A stretch of DNA of 64,000 nt from Candidatus Hodarchaeota archaeon (GCA_048887225.1 JBHLJY010000003.1:46420-110419); one strand, 5' to 3'; counted from the first letter of the stretch, positions 27,593 through 36,895 are shown. A program made the numbers and translations. Notes: generated by a model from the letters alone, not told the origin.

Positions 27593-28534
27593 ATGATAGA
27601 ACATGACAAAGTTAATGAACATATACCTCCTACTCATTGCGTCTGGGCAAAAAATGTCCTTGAACAAGCATTAAGAGGGCTTAATTCAGATATAAAAGGA
27701 GTAGTAACGAGCCATGGTTGCGATTGTACCAACCGGGAGTTTGATATTTGGAGGGAGACTGTTGATATAGATTTCTTGTTTTATTTGAATGTTCCTTTAA
27801 AGAGAGATAAGACCGCATTAAAGTTTTTTATAACAGATCTTAAAGAATTGGTGGTCCAACTAGAAGAGCAATTTAAGGTCAAGATTGAGTCTGAAAAAAT
27901 TAAAAATGCCATTAAATTAACGAATCAGATTCGAAGATTGTTGAAAGAAATTTCCGAATATAGGAGCAAAATGATAATTAAAGGATCAGAATTTCATGAA
28001 TTAGTTAAACTCTGTCAGACCAGTGAGAAGTTGTATGCTTTAGAAATCTTGAAAAAAAAATTAAAACAATTAAAAAATAAAACACCCTTTATAGATAAAA
28101 AAATGAAACGGATTTTACTCACTGGTTCTGTTATTGATGACACAGAATTTTTAAAATTCTTAGAAGAAAAAGGATTTCAAGTAGTAGCAGACGATTTGTG
28201 TATTGGTTCAAGGTATTTTTGGAATAGTATTGATGAAGATAGGGATCCAATAGAAGCAATTGCTAAATATCATTTAAGTAAGCCATTATATTCTACCAAA
28301 ATGCCCTCATACGATCGCTTTATATTCTTAAAAGAATTAGCCGAAAAATACGAAGTGGATGGAGTTTTAAATATCGTGCAAAAGTTCTGCGAACCTATGC
28401 TTTATGATCATCCATATCTTAACAAAAAATTTAAGGAATTAAAAATCCCTTACACTTTTATCGAAATGTTATATAATAGAGAACAATTTAAACAACTTTC
28501 AACAAGGTTCGAAGCCTTTGCTGAAATAATTTAG
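27593..28534 (+). CDS. 2-hydroxyacyl-CoA dehydratase / benzoyl-CoA reductase family subunit (HgdB/BcrB-like); true N-terminus probably upstream (open frame from 27491)
   Basis: Family-typical length and strings. The frame upstream of the first ATG reads 'IIISKIGYFDADVVSPEEIFIAAGFTPIRLLGDP', which is the family's conserved N-terminal motif, but it contains no canonical start codon. Confidence 0.7.
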   Translation: MIEHDKVNEHIPPTHCVWAKNVLEQALRGLNSDIKGVVTSHGCDCTNREFDIWRETVDIDFLFYLNVPLKRDKTALKFFITDLKELVVQLEEQFKVKIESEKIKNAIKLTNQIRRLLKEISEYRSKMIIKGSEFHELVKLCQTSEKLYALEILKKKLKQLKNKTPFIDKKMKRILLTGSVIDDTEFLKFLEEKGFQVVADDLCIGSRYFWNSIDEDRDPIEAIAKYHLSKPLYSTKMPSYDRFIFLKELAEKYEVDGVLNIVQKFCEPMLYDHPYLNKKFKELKIPYTFIEMLYNREQFKQLSTRFEAFAEII

Positions 28535-28536
28535 AG

Positions 28537-29811
28537 GTGAGAGAGCTGTCAGAAAAGAAAAGTAAGATGTTAAAAGCTACTTTAGGATTAAAAAATGAAA
28601 TGGGTAGGCATTACTTAGCTATTGAGCAAGCTTATCGTGATGGTACTCCTACTGCCTGGGCAACTTCAGGCACTCCCGTTGAGCTTTTATATGCGATGGA
28701 TGTGCAACCAATGTTACCTGAAAATTCAGCCACAATATCAGCAGCACAAAAATATTCACAAGATTTTGTTGAAATTGCTGAGCAGGAAGGATTTTCTTAT
28801 GATATGTGTAGCTATTTTAAAACTAATATTGGCGCTATAATGAGAGATGTAGATGTGTTTAAAGGAGGGATAAGAAAGCCTACATTTATGTTATCGAGTG
28901 ATGTCATTTGTGATACCCATGTTCATTGGTTCCAAGTTCAAGCTGAAAGATTAGGAGGTGTTCCACACTATACCATCGATGTTCCTCATGTTGTAAGTAA
29001 TACAAATAGGCGACAATTAGGTTACTTTAAAAAATATGTCGAGGAACAAATATGGGAGCTTTTAGAATTTATAAAGAAACACACAGGTAATGATATCGAT
29101 ATGGAAAAGGCAAAAAAAGTCGCAGCTAATTCTTATGAGTTAAGCGAAGTATGGAGAGATATTTACGAGTTAAGAAAGACCATCCCTTGTCCCATTAGCA
29201 CTAAAGATACTTTTGGAGGTTTATTTCCATTATTTACTATGCCTGGCTTAAGATCACCTATTAAATTATATAAGAAAATGTATAAAGAAGCAAAGGCAAG
29301 GGTAGAAGTTGGACAAGGAGCTCTTGAAAAAGAGGAGTTTAGGCTTATGTTTGAAGGAATCCCTTTCTGGTATAATCTTAAGTATTTTGCTATGTTAGAA
29401 AAATTTAACGCGATTATAGTCTATGAGCCTTACACATTTGCCTTCTCGAAGTTTTTCTCCAATCCATTTGAGACTATTACTAAAGAACAACTTTTAAATG
29501 ATCCTATAAAATGTATGAGTTCATTGATGTTAAGCTTCTGGTATATTTTTGATCTCGAAACTAGAGTAAAATGGTTTAAAGATACAGTTAGTGCTTGGAA
29601 AATTGATGGCGTTTTAATGCATAATAATGTTTCTTGCAGACCAAATACATGTGCTTTCTATGATTTAAAACGACGCTTGACGGAAGAAGCAGATATTCCC
29701 TGTCTAATCATTGATGGAGATCAAAATGATCCTAGAAAGCTAAATAAAGTTCAAACTGCTAATCAGATTGAAAGTTTTATTGAAGTTCTTAGAGAAAGGA
29801 AGAAAAATTAA
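28537..29811 (+). CDS. 2-hydroxyacyl-CoA dehydratase family subunit (HgdA-like, D-component)
   Basis: 424 aa with a GTG start 2 nt after the preceding stop. 'WATSGTPVELLYAMDVQP', 'CSYFK' and 'CRPN' are typical of the HGD-D family. Confidence 0.8.
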   Translation: MRELSEKKSKMLKATLGLKNEMGRHYLAIEQAYRDGTPTAWATSGTPVELLYAMDVQPMLPENSATISAAQKYSQDFVEIAEQEGFSYDMCSYFKTNIGAIMRDVDVFKGGIRKPTFMLSSDVICDTHVHWFQVQAERLGGVPHYTIDVPHVVSNTNRRQLGYFKKYVEEQIWELLEFIKKHTGNDIDMEKAKKVAANSYELSEVWRDIYELRKTIPCPISTKDTFGGLFPLFTMPGLRSPIKLYKKMYKEAKARVEVGQGALEKEEFRLMFEGIPFWYNLKYFAMLEKFNAIIVYEPYTFAFSKFFSNPFETITKEQLLNDPIKCMSSLMLSFWYIFDLETRVKWFKDTVSAWKIDGVLMHNNVSCRPNTCAFYDLKRRLTEEADIPCLIIDGDQNDPRKLNKVQTANQIESFIEVLRERKKN

Positions 29812-29864
29812 TATTAAATTCGTTTTTTATCATTTGATATATTTATAGGAGGTATTAACTTAAA

Positions 29865-31169
29865 TTGAGTGAAAAAAGTAAGAAGTTGTATGAAGATTTA
29901 AAGACAAAAATTAATAGATTAAGAGAACAAGGAACTAAGGAAAAACAATTTGTGGATTTTTGGAGGTTAGCTTGTACTGCTAAATACAAATCTCATGATA
30001 TGAGGTATTTATATGATGATACAAGCCGAGAATTCATTGAAAAACACAGAAATCAATTAATAAAGATTAGAGAAGACTTCGTTGAAAATCTTGATTATTA
30101 TGTGGAAAAATGTATAGAACGGATGAGACAAACTAATAAATTCAGAGTTTATTACGCAAAAACTAACGAAGAAGCTCATAAAATGTTTATGGAAGAGCTA
30201 GGAGATGAAACCAAAATTTATAAATCTGTTTCTAACGAAGCAAAAGATATCGGACTAATTGAATTTTTAAACAAAAACGAGATTGAAATTAAAGAAACTG
30301 CAATAGGGGATATTCTTGCCCGTTTACTTGATTATAAATTACCAACATATCAATTAGGTTCCAGTGTTCATTTTAGCGTAGAGGAAATTGTTGCGAAAAT
30401 TAAAAAGGAATATAACGTTGATATCGAACCAAAAAGTGAAGCTATATTAAAATATTATAGAGACAATTATCGTCCAGAAATAGTTAATAATGTAAAGGTT
30501 TCGTTAACATCTGCTAATGCCATTGCTGCTGATGATGGGAGTATTTTTATTGGAGAAAACACTGGAAATATAAGTTTGATAACAAGATTGGCCGAAAAGC
30601 ATATCGTTGCAGTTGGAATCACTAAAATCGTTCCAACATCTTTTGATGCCTTTCTTGTAACAAAGACTCTATCTAGAATAAATAAAACATCTATGGCATA
30701 TCTTAGTATAATTTCAGCACCTTCAAATACGTCAAGCATTCAAGGTAAAACTACTCAAGGAGCCTTTGGTGCAAGAGATGTGGTTGTAATCTTTGTGGAC
30801 GAATGGCGTAGGAATGCAGTCGAAAAAAACCTTATATATAAGGATTTTTTAAAATGTATCAGTTGTAAAAGCTGTAGCTTCGTTTGCACTGCCTCTCGAG
30901 CCTTTGGTAACATTTTTGCAAGCAAATATGGATTGGGTGCTACAGCGATTATTAGAGAATATATCCACAATGGAATCGAAGCTGCTGTGAATTCTGGATT
31001 ATTTCTATGCACCGGCTGCGATAATTGTTATAAATGGTGCCCCGTTGGTGTAAATTTAAGAGAAATAATGACAAATATAAAGAAAGAAGCAATTGAAAAG
31101 GATTTATGTCCACCACCTTTAATGGACTATAGAAAAAATATTCTTGTAAACAAAAATCCATTTAAATAA
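29865..31169 (+). CDS. LUD-domain / 2x[4Fe-4S] protein (LutB-like)
   Basis: LUD-like 'SANAIAADDGSIFIGENTGNISLITRLAEKHIVAVGITKIVP'. Two ferredoxin-type motifs, 'CISCKSCSFVC' and 'CTGCDNCYKWCP'. A GGAGGT lies upstream of the TTG start. Confidence 0.7.
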   Translation: MSEKSKKLYEDLKTKINRLREQGTKEKQFVDFWRLACTAKYKSHDMRYLYDDTSREFIEKHRNQLIKIREDFVENLDYYVEKCIERMRQTNKFRVYYAKTNEEAHKMFMEELGDETKIYKSVSNEAKDIGLIEFLNKNEIEIKETAIGDILARLLDYKLPTYQLGSSVHFSVEEIVAKIKKEYNVDIEPKSEAILKYYRDNYRPEIVNNVKVSLTSANAIAADDGSIFIGENTGNISLITRLAEKHIVAVGITKIVPTSFDAFLVTKTLSRINKTSMAYLSIISAPSNTSSIQGKTTQGAFGARDVVVIFVDEWRRNAVEKNLIYKDFLKCISCKSCSFVCTASRAFGNIFASKYGLGATAIIREYIHNGIEAAVNSGLFLCTGCDNCYKWCPVGVNLREIMTNIKKEAIEKDLCPPPLMDYRKNILVNKNPFK

Positions 31170-31188
31170 GTTAAGAAAAAAGATTTAA

Positions 31189-31197
31189 TTTTTTTTT
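31189..31197 (+). terminator. oligo-T tract (T9) downstream of the dehydratase/LutB-like operon
   Basis: A T9 run 20 nt after the stop at 31169. Archaeal transcription commonly terminates at oligo-T. Confidence 0.4.
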
Positions 31198-31384
31198 CTT
31201 TTGAAATTCTTTCGATAGGAGGATATATGCTATATTTCACAACATGGGAAAAGAAAAAAGTTTTAAAAACTAGCATCAAAAAAAATGAAAAATTTATATA
31301 CTAAAAGATTGAAAGAAATCTAATAATTGATTAAATTTTTTGAAAAAATACAAAGAGATATGAAAAACAAGAGATGTTATTAAA

Positions 31385-32644
31385 ATGTCAAAGCTTGATG
31401 CGTTAGCTAAGAGAAAAGCGGAAAAAGGAGAAGAAACATTATTAAGATCTAAAGGATATCTTTTATTTATCATTATATATATGGGATTAATCGGTTTAAT
31501 GGATAATTATTTAGCTTTAATTGAGAATGTTGCCTTTTATTATGTTATGGAGGATTTCGGAGTATCACCAGCCGAACTCGCATTCTGGCAAGGTATATAT
31601 GGGATTATTTCGTTTGGAGTTTTCTTAATAGGTTGGTTCTCTGATTCTTTTGGGAGAAAAAAGGGAATGTTACTTTTAATTTTAGTGATGGGTATTCCTG
31701 CACTTTTAATTGGGTTGATCTCTATTACATTTCATTTGTTTATGCTCTTATACGCATTTGTTACATTTGGCACCATATCTAATCTGTGGGAGGTACCCAT
31801 AACAGAAGAAGCACCAGCTGAAAAGCGTGGAACTTATGGAGGATTGGTCACTCTCTTAAGTTTAATCCCATTATATGCATTTGTTGGAGTAGCCATCGCT
31901 ACAAATTTAGGATGGCGATGGACTTATGGTATAATGTTTTTCTTCATGATAATCCTTTTGATTCCACTAATTTTTATGAAAGAACCAAAGAGATGGTTGG
32001 ATGCTAAAGAGGAAAGAGGTCATAAATTTCTTAAACTAAAAACTGCTATAAAATCTTTAAATAGAAAAGATGTTATATATATACTCCTCGCAACTTTGGT
32101 ATATGGTACCTGGGGTGTGGTTTTCAAATTAAGTTCAACTTGGGGTATGCACTACTATGTGAATGTTGTTGGTTACTCAGAGGCAGACTATAGTAGAGTA
32201 TTAATGGTTGCAGGGTTGTGTATATTAGGAGGCGCAATAACAGCAGGCATATTATTGGACAAAATAGGAAGAAAAATAACGCTGATTGTTGGATGTAGTG
32301 GTTCTGTGATAGGTTTTATCTTTCTTGGAATTACTGCTTTACCAATTTTCGTTTGGATGGTTTACTTTTTTATGGCTCTGACATTTGTATGGATCATGGT
32401 TTATTTCGCAGAAATCTTCCCTAACGAAATTAGATCAACGGCCACTGGTATCACTGCGTCTACAGCTCGAGTTTCCTATGTAATGGGCCCTTTGTTAGCA
32501 TCTGTTTTACTGTTAATATTTCCCACAATGGAGTGGTATTGGATAATAGCTGGCATGCTCATGCTTATTCCTTTGCTTTCTCTATTAGCAAAACCTTACG
32601 AAACAAAAGGTAAGACATTAGAAGAGATTCAAGAAAAGAGATAA
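31385..32644 (+). CDS. MFS transporter (sugar-porter/general substrate type)
   Basis: 12-TM-like ORF with 'DSFGRKKG', 'PAEKRGTYGG' and 'EIFPNEIRSTATGI'. Confidence 0.85.
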   Translation: MSKLDALAKRKAEKGEETLLRSKGYLLFIIIYMGLIGLMDNYLALIENVAFYYVMEDFGVSPAELAFWQGIYGIISFGVFLIGWFSDSFGRKKGMLLLILVMGIPALLIGLISITFHLFMLLYAFVTFGTISNLWEVPITEEAPAEKRGTYGGLVTLLSLIPLYAFVGVAIATNLGWRWTYGIMFFFMIILLIPLIFMKEPKRWLDAKEERGHKFLKLKTAIKSLNRKDVIYILLATLVYGTWGVVFKLSSTWGMHYYVNVVGYSEADYSRVLMVAGLCILGGAITAGILLDKIGRKITLIVGCSGSVIGFIFLGITALPIFVWMVYFFMALTFVWIMVYFAEIFPNEIRSTATGITASTARVSYVMGPLLASVLLLIFPTMEWYWIIAGMLMLIPLLSLLAKPYETKGKTLEEIQEKR

Positions 32645-32670
32645 AAATTGTAACTTTTTTTTCATAATTA

Positions 32671-33045
32671 TTAAAAAAATTGGTTCGCAATTTTAACATG
32701 TGGGCTGGGTGTTAAAATTAGGTATTGATCGCCTATTCGACCAATAGATCCACCGCGCATTTCTAAGAATGATTTAATTTCCTCTATACAATATTTTAAT
32801 TCTTGAATTGGAATTTTATTATTTTCGAGAAGTTCTTTTGCATTGATCACTAATATTTTTCTTCCCAAAAGTTGTTGTTTTATATCTTCTAGCTGCTCAA
32901 TTGACTGGAACTTATATTTTTTAATTAAGAATTTTTGAATCATATATGGAACTTGAAGATAGTTTCTCTCTTTCGCAAAACCAAGTGTCTCATGAGGAGA
33001 TCCATCTCCTAAAATGTCATCATATTCTTTTTTCCAAAATTTCAT
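32671..33045 (-). CDS. sepF: SepF-like cell-division protein
   Basis: 124 aa. 'SIEQLEDIKQQLLGRKILVINAKEL....IQELKYCIEEIKSFLEMRGGSIGRIGDQYLILTPSPHVKI' is collinear with recalled archaeal SepF (DUF552). Confidence 0.6.
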   Translation of the reverse strand: MKFWKKEYDDILGDGSPHETLGFAKERNYLQVPYMIQKFLIKKYKFQSIEQLEDIKQQLLGRKILVINAKELLENNKIPIQELKYCIEEIKSFLEMRGGSIGRIGDQYLILTPSPHVKIANQFF

Positions 33046-33437
33046 TTTTAACCTTCACACACCATAACCTTTATTTTAAATTTTATTATTACAAGGATAT
33101 TTTTAATTTAAAGATATTTAAAGGGATGAGTTATCGGGATGTATTCTTAAAAAGTATACATATATGATGTTGAAGATAATAAGAGTAATATTGAGATCTT
33201 ATTAAAAGATAATCAATTATAATTTTTTTTCTAAAATCTATGGTTACAGTTAATATCGCTAATATTTTAAAAAATATAACATCTAAATATTACAGATGAA
33301 GTTTTAATATTAATAAATAGAGCTTTAAATCAAATTAAAATGTATAAATAACCTTACGATAAATTTATCATTAACAATAAATTTTATTAAAAGTCCTAAA
33401 AAGTCAATTAAAATTAAAAATTACGAATAAAAAGAAA

Positions 33438-33899
33438 ATGACCGAAAAAGTAATTATAACAAATAAAGGGATGGTACGAGCAGAATTTAATTTCTGGGTC
33501 GGAAAATATATGGATAAATTCTACGATAACTTAGAAAATAAGAAGATAATAGGAAATAAATGTACGAAATGCGGAGTTGTTTTTGTACCGCCGAGAAAAA
33601 TCTGTGGTAATTGTAATTTAGTAATTTCACTCGACCAAAACTGGGTTGATTTACCTAATACTGGTACTTTAATGAATTATACAATTACACCCTATAAAGT
33701 CACCGAAAGAGGTTCAAGAAACGTAAAAAAGGGGCAGATAATAGGGCTGATAAATATTGACGGGAGCAATACAGGGATAGTTTATAAGTTATTGAATATG
33801 GAACCTGGAGAGGTTAAAACAGGGATGAAAGTCAAAATAGAATGGGCTGAAAAAACAAAAGGGGCCCCTTCAGATATAAAAGGGTTCGTAAAGGCGTGA
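33438..33899 (+). CDS. DUF35 OB-fold/zinc-ribbon acyl-CoA-associated protein
   Basis: Zn ribbon 'CTKCGVVFVPPRKICGNC' followed by an OB-like region. 153 aa. Confidence 0.8.
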   Translation: MTEKVIITNKGMVRAEFNFWVGKYMDKFYDNLENKKIIGNKCTKCGVVFVPPRKICGNCNLVISLDQNWVDLPNTGTLMNYTITPYKVTERGSRNVKKGQIIGLINIDGSNTGIVYKLLNMEPGEVKTGMKVKIEWAEKTKGAPSDIKGFVKA

Positions 33900-33904
33900 G
33901 GTGG
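33898..33904 (+). promoter_or_regulatory. Shine-Dalgarno-like GAGGTGG upstream of 33914 (operon-internal)
   Basis: A purine-rich GGTG-type motif 9 nt before the ATG, overlapping the preceding stop codon. Confidence 0.5.
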
Positions 33905-33913
33905 TAAAGTCAA

Positions 33914-35056
33914 ATGGAAAAAGTAGGAATTGTAGGTTATAATCAAGTCAAATTATCATCAGACGCGAATTATGGTCGTTATGAAATGATCTTTGAGGCT
34001 GTTAGAGGAGCAATTGACAAAGCAGGCTTAAAAAAGAAGGATATAACTACAGTTATCTCTTGTACAAATGATTATTACGATGGGCGGACGATTTCAAATT
34101 GTTTTACAGTTGAAGTTGGAGGGGGCTACATGGCAGATGAGAGTAAAGTGGAGATGGATGGTGCACATGGTGTTTTATATGGATTAATGCGTATATTATC
34201 TGGTAATCATAAACTAGCTGTGGTGTGGGGTGGAAGCATGGCTTCTTGCTTTCCATATCACACGACAAAATTATATGAAACAGATCCAACATGGGAACGA
34301 CCAACACAATTAGTAAATGATATAACAGCCAGCGGATTTCAAATGAGGGCTTACATGGAAAAATTTGGTGTAAGTGCTGAAAATATAGCAAAGGTGGCTG
34401 TTAAAAATAGGAAAAACGCAGCTAAAAATATTTTAGCATTACCAGAAGCACAAAATCCTAATTTATCTGTTCAAGATGTATTAAATTCTGATAATTACGC
34501 AGATCCTGTCACTGAATTAATGGTTGCTCAGCCTTGTGATGGCGTCGCTGCACTATTGTTAGCTCCTGAACAGCAAGCCCGAAAAATCACGGATAAGCCC
34601 GTATGGATTACTGGCGTAGGATGGTCTCAAGATACTTATTATTTAGGCGATCGAGATTTATCTACAATTAAATCAATGGAAATTGCGGGCAAAAAAGCAT
34701 TTGAAATGGCGGGGCTTAATAATCCTCGAAGTCAAATAGATGTAGCTGAATTATTTGAAGCATATGCGCATGAAGAATTAATTATGGCCGAAGCTTTAGG
34801 TTTGGCCGAGAAAGGCAAAGGATCAAGTTTAAACTCTGAAATTGGCGGTGAATTTCCAATCAATCCTTCAGGTGGTGCAATTGGTGGTAATCCTCTTTGT
34901 GCTACAGGAATAATCAGGATCATAGAAGCAGTTAAACAACTCAGGGGGGAAGCTAATGGTTATCAAGTAAGTGGTGTTAAAAGGGCAATAGCTTCGGGAC
35001 AAATCGGTATGTGTGCTCAAAATAATATATTATATGTATTGGAGGGAGATAATTAA
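33914..35056 (+). CDS. thiolase-fold (SCP-x/archaeal thiolase-like) protein lacking the nucleophilic Cys
   Basis: 380 aa with thiolase-like N- and C-terminal halves ('NPSGGAIGGNPLCATG'). The position of the CxSG nucleophile reads 'KVEMDGAHGV'. Confidence 0.75.
   Translation: MEKVGIVGYNQVKLSSDANYGRYEMIFEAVRGAIDKAGLKKKDITTVISCTNDYYDGRTISNCFTVEVGGGYMADESKVEMDGAHGVLYGLMRILSGNHKLAVVWGGSMASCFPYHTTKLYETDPTWERPTQLVNDITASGFQMRAYMEKFGVSAENIAKVAVKNRKNAAKNILALPEAQNPNLSVQDVLNSDNYADPVTELMVAQPCDGVAALLLAPEQQARKITDKPVWITGVGWSQDTYYLGDRDLSTIKSMEIAGKKAFEMAGLNNPRSQIDVAELFEAYAHEELIMAEALGLAEKGKGSSLNSEIGGEFPINPSGGAIGGNPLCATGIIRIIEAVKQLRGEANGYQVSGVKRAIASGQIGMCAQNNILYVLEGDN
35041..35047 (+). promoter_or_regulatory. 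Shine-Dalgarno-like GGAGGGA upstream of 35059
   Basis: Located 11 nt before the ATG, inside the 3' end of the preceding gene. Confidence 0.5.
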
Positions 35057-35058
35057 TA

Positions 35059-36306
35059 ATGGGAAGACAAGTATGTTGTATAAGTGCAGGTTTTTCAGAA
35101 CATGCTTCTAAACGCTCTGATGTAAGTATGCCTGAATTAATCAATGAAGCTATTCAGGATTGCATGAAGAAAATTCCAAGCATTGGTTTGGATGATATAG
35201 ATGCTTTTGTTAATGGAAATATGCCCGCTTTTGAGGGTTCTAATATTCCTGAATTATGGATGACTGATTGGTTGGGAGCGAGAAATAAACCATTAATGCG
35301 AGTAACAACTGGAGGTACAACTGGGGGGACAGTCGCTATTTGTGGATATTATAATGTTGCCGCAGGAATACCTGGTGTTGATACTGTGTTAGCTATCGCA
35401 TTTGAACAGCAAAGTCAAGGTGATACAAGCTTAGGTCTTGCAAGTGTTGCACTAGGTGAAATATCAATACTTAACACTTTAGGGATAACTTATGAACAGC
35501 TTACACGTTTATTATCTGCTGGTGCAGCTATAGGAGTTGCTGCTTATCAAGCTACTACCTATATGAATAAAACAAGGATAACTGAGGAAGATTTAGCAAG
35601 AGTTGTCGTTCAAAATAGGAGAAATGCTGCAAAAACGTGGTGGGCTCACTTAAGAATGCCAAATCTTACAATTGAAGATGTTTTAGATACTCCATATATT
35701 CAATATCCGTTGCGTTATGGGATGGTTTGTCCTTCGTCCGATGGAGCTTGCGCAATGTTATTTACAACGGAAGAAAAAGCTAAAGAATGGGCTGACATCC
35801 CTGTTTATGTAAATGGTGTGGCTAGTGTTGCTAATGAAACAGCTATACTTGGATATGATGGAGCAGGTTCAGCGCAAATTGATCCTTCAACTCAATTAGG
35901 TGCCATGAAATCAGCAGAATTGGCTTATAATCAAGCTGGAATCTCATTTCCGAGAAAGGAAATTGATTACGCTGAAGTTTATGCCCCTTTCCCAAATCAG
36001 GAACTCATGTGGGTAGAAAAATTAGGTTTATTCGAAGAAACTACGGCTCCACAAATGTATGAAACAGGTGTGACAGCTCTAAATGGTGAACTTCCAGTAT
36101 GTTGTACAGGGGGTGTTGTTTCTACAAACGCAATCGGCGCTAGTGCTATGGAGCGACCCGCTGATGCAGCTTTGCAAATAATGGGAAAATCAGCCAACCA
36201 AGTTCCAAAGACGGTACATACATCCATTGGACATGGATGGGGTGGATCGCTTAATTTATGTACACTTATGGTATTTTCGGATGAACCAAAAAGAAAATGG
36301 AGGTAA
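35059..36306 (+). CDS. second thiolase-fold protein lacking the nucleophilic Cys
   Basis: 415 aa, thiolase-like. The nucleophile region reads 'RVTTGGTTGGTVAI', and the C-terminal 'GHPxGATG' position reads 'STNAIGASA'. Confidence 0.75.
   Translation: MGRQVCCISAGFSEHASKRSDVSMPELINEAIQDCMKKIPSIGLDDIDAFVNGNMPAFEGSNIPELWMTDWLGARNKPLMRVTTGGTTGGTVAICGYYNVAAGIPGVDTVLAIAFEQQSQGDTSLGLASVALGEISILNTLGITYEQLTRLLSAGAAIGVAAYQATTYMNKTRITEEDLARVVVQNRRNAAKTWWAHLRMPNLTIEDVLDTPYIQYPLRYGMVCPSSDGACAMLFTTEEKAKEWADIPVYVNGVASVANETAILGYDGAGSAQIDPSTQLGAMKSAELAYNQAGISFPRKEIDYAEVYAPFPNQELMWVEKLGLFEETTAPQMYETGVTALNGELPVCCTGGVVSTNAIGASAMERPADAALQIMGKSANQVPKTVHTSIGHGWGGSLNLCTLMVFSDEPKRKWR
36299..36304 (+). promoter_or_regulatory. 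Shine-Dalgarno-like GGAGGT upstream of 36313
   Basis: Located 8 nt before the ATG and overlapping the preceding stop region. Confidence 0.5.
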
Positions 36307-36312
36307 AATGTA

Positions 36313-36846
36313 ATGTCAGAAAAGAAATTATCTAAAAGAACAGAAAGAAAAGCTTTAGATTATATTAAGAAGGATTATGTAAGAACAAGAGCAATGCCTG
36401 GCGCATGGTATTTATCAAGTTACAAATTTAAATTCAATATAACTCATATGCAACCTTTCTTAAAGAAATTGAAAGATAAGAAACTTGTTGGAAATCGATG
36501 TTCTGGATGCAATAGAATATTTTTCCCTCCAAGACAAGTGTGCGGAGAATGTCTATTAAAACCAGATAGATGGGTTGATATCAGAGAAACTGCCAATGTT
36601 TCTACTTACGCTATTGCATATCTTAAGAATGCTGAAACAGGTGAGACTGAGGAAAAACCAATGGTCCTGATTCAGCATGATGGCTCAGACACTTGCTCAG
36701 TAGCTGAATTAGCTCTCAATATTGATGTCAAGGATACTTATATAAATATGCCAATAAAGGTTCATTGGCGCGATGAAAGAACAGGTGGATTAATGGATAT
36801 CGAGTATTACGATAAGATAGAAGATGATTCGAAGGATATAGACTAA
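36313..36846 (+). CDS. DUF35 OB-fold/zinc-ribbon protein (second copy)
   Basis: 'CSGCNRIFFPPRQVCGEC' plus an OB-like C-terminal region. 177 aa. Confidence 0.8.
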   Translation: MSEKKLSKRTERKALDYIKKDYVRTRAMPGAWYLSSYKFKFNITHMQPFLKKLKDKKLVGNRCSGCNRIFFPPRQVCGECLLKPDRWVDIRETANVSTYAIAYLKNAETGETEEKPMVLIQHDGSDTCSVAELALNIDVKDTYINMPIKVHWRDERTGGLMDIEYYDKIEDDSKDID

Positions 36847-36895
36847 CATTAATAAAACTAAATTTATTCTTTTTTAATTATCTTTTTTTAAATAA

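Noticed and set aside
26897-27609. ORFs 26897..27139 (+) and 27394..27609 (-)
   Set aside because: The first is antisense to rpl37e/Sm. The second is antisense to the conserved N-terminal coding region of the dehydratase subunit ('GYFDADVVSPEEIFIAAGFTPIRL' on the plus strand).
30467-31161. Minus-strand ORFs 30467..30739, 30755..31012 and 30952..31161
   Set aside because: They are antisense shadows within the LutB-like gene, whose LUD and Fe-S motifs support the plus-strand frame.
34104-36227. Minus-strand ORFs 34104..34391, 34732..34923 and 35997..36227
   Set aside because: They are antisense to the thiolase-like genes, and no family resemblance was found.
33914-36306. Calling the two thiolase-fold genes acetoacetyl-CoA thiolase + HMG-CoA synthase (the archaeal mevalonate-pathway complex with DUF35)
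   Set aside because: Neither protein shows a Cys at the nucleophile position, and neither resembles the HMGCS active-site context as far as I can align by eye. I kept the generic 'thiolase-fold, Cys-less' call instead.
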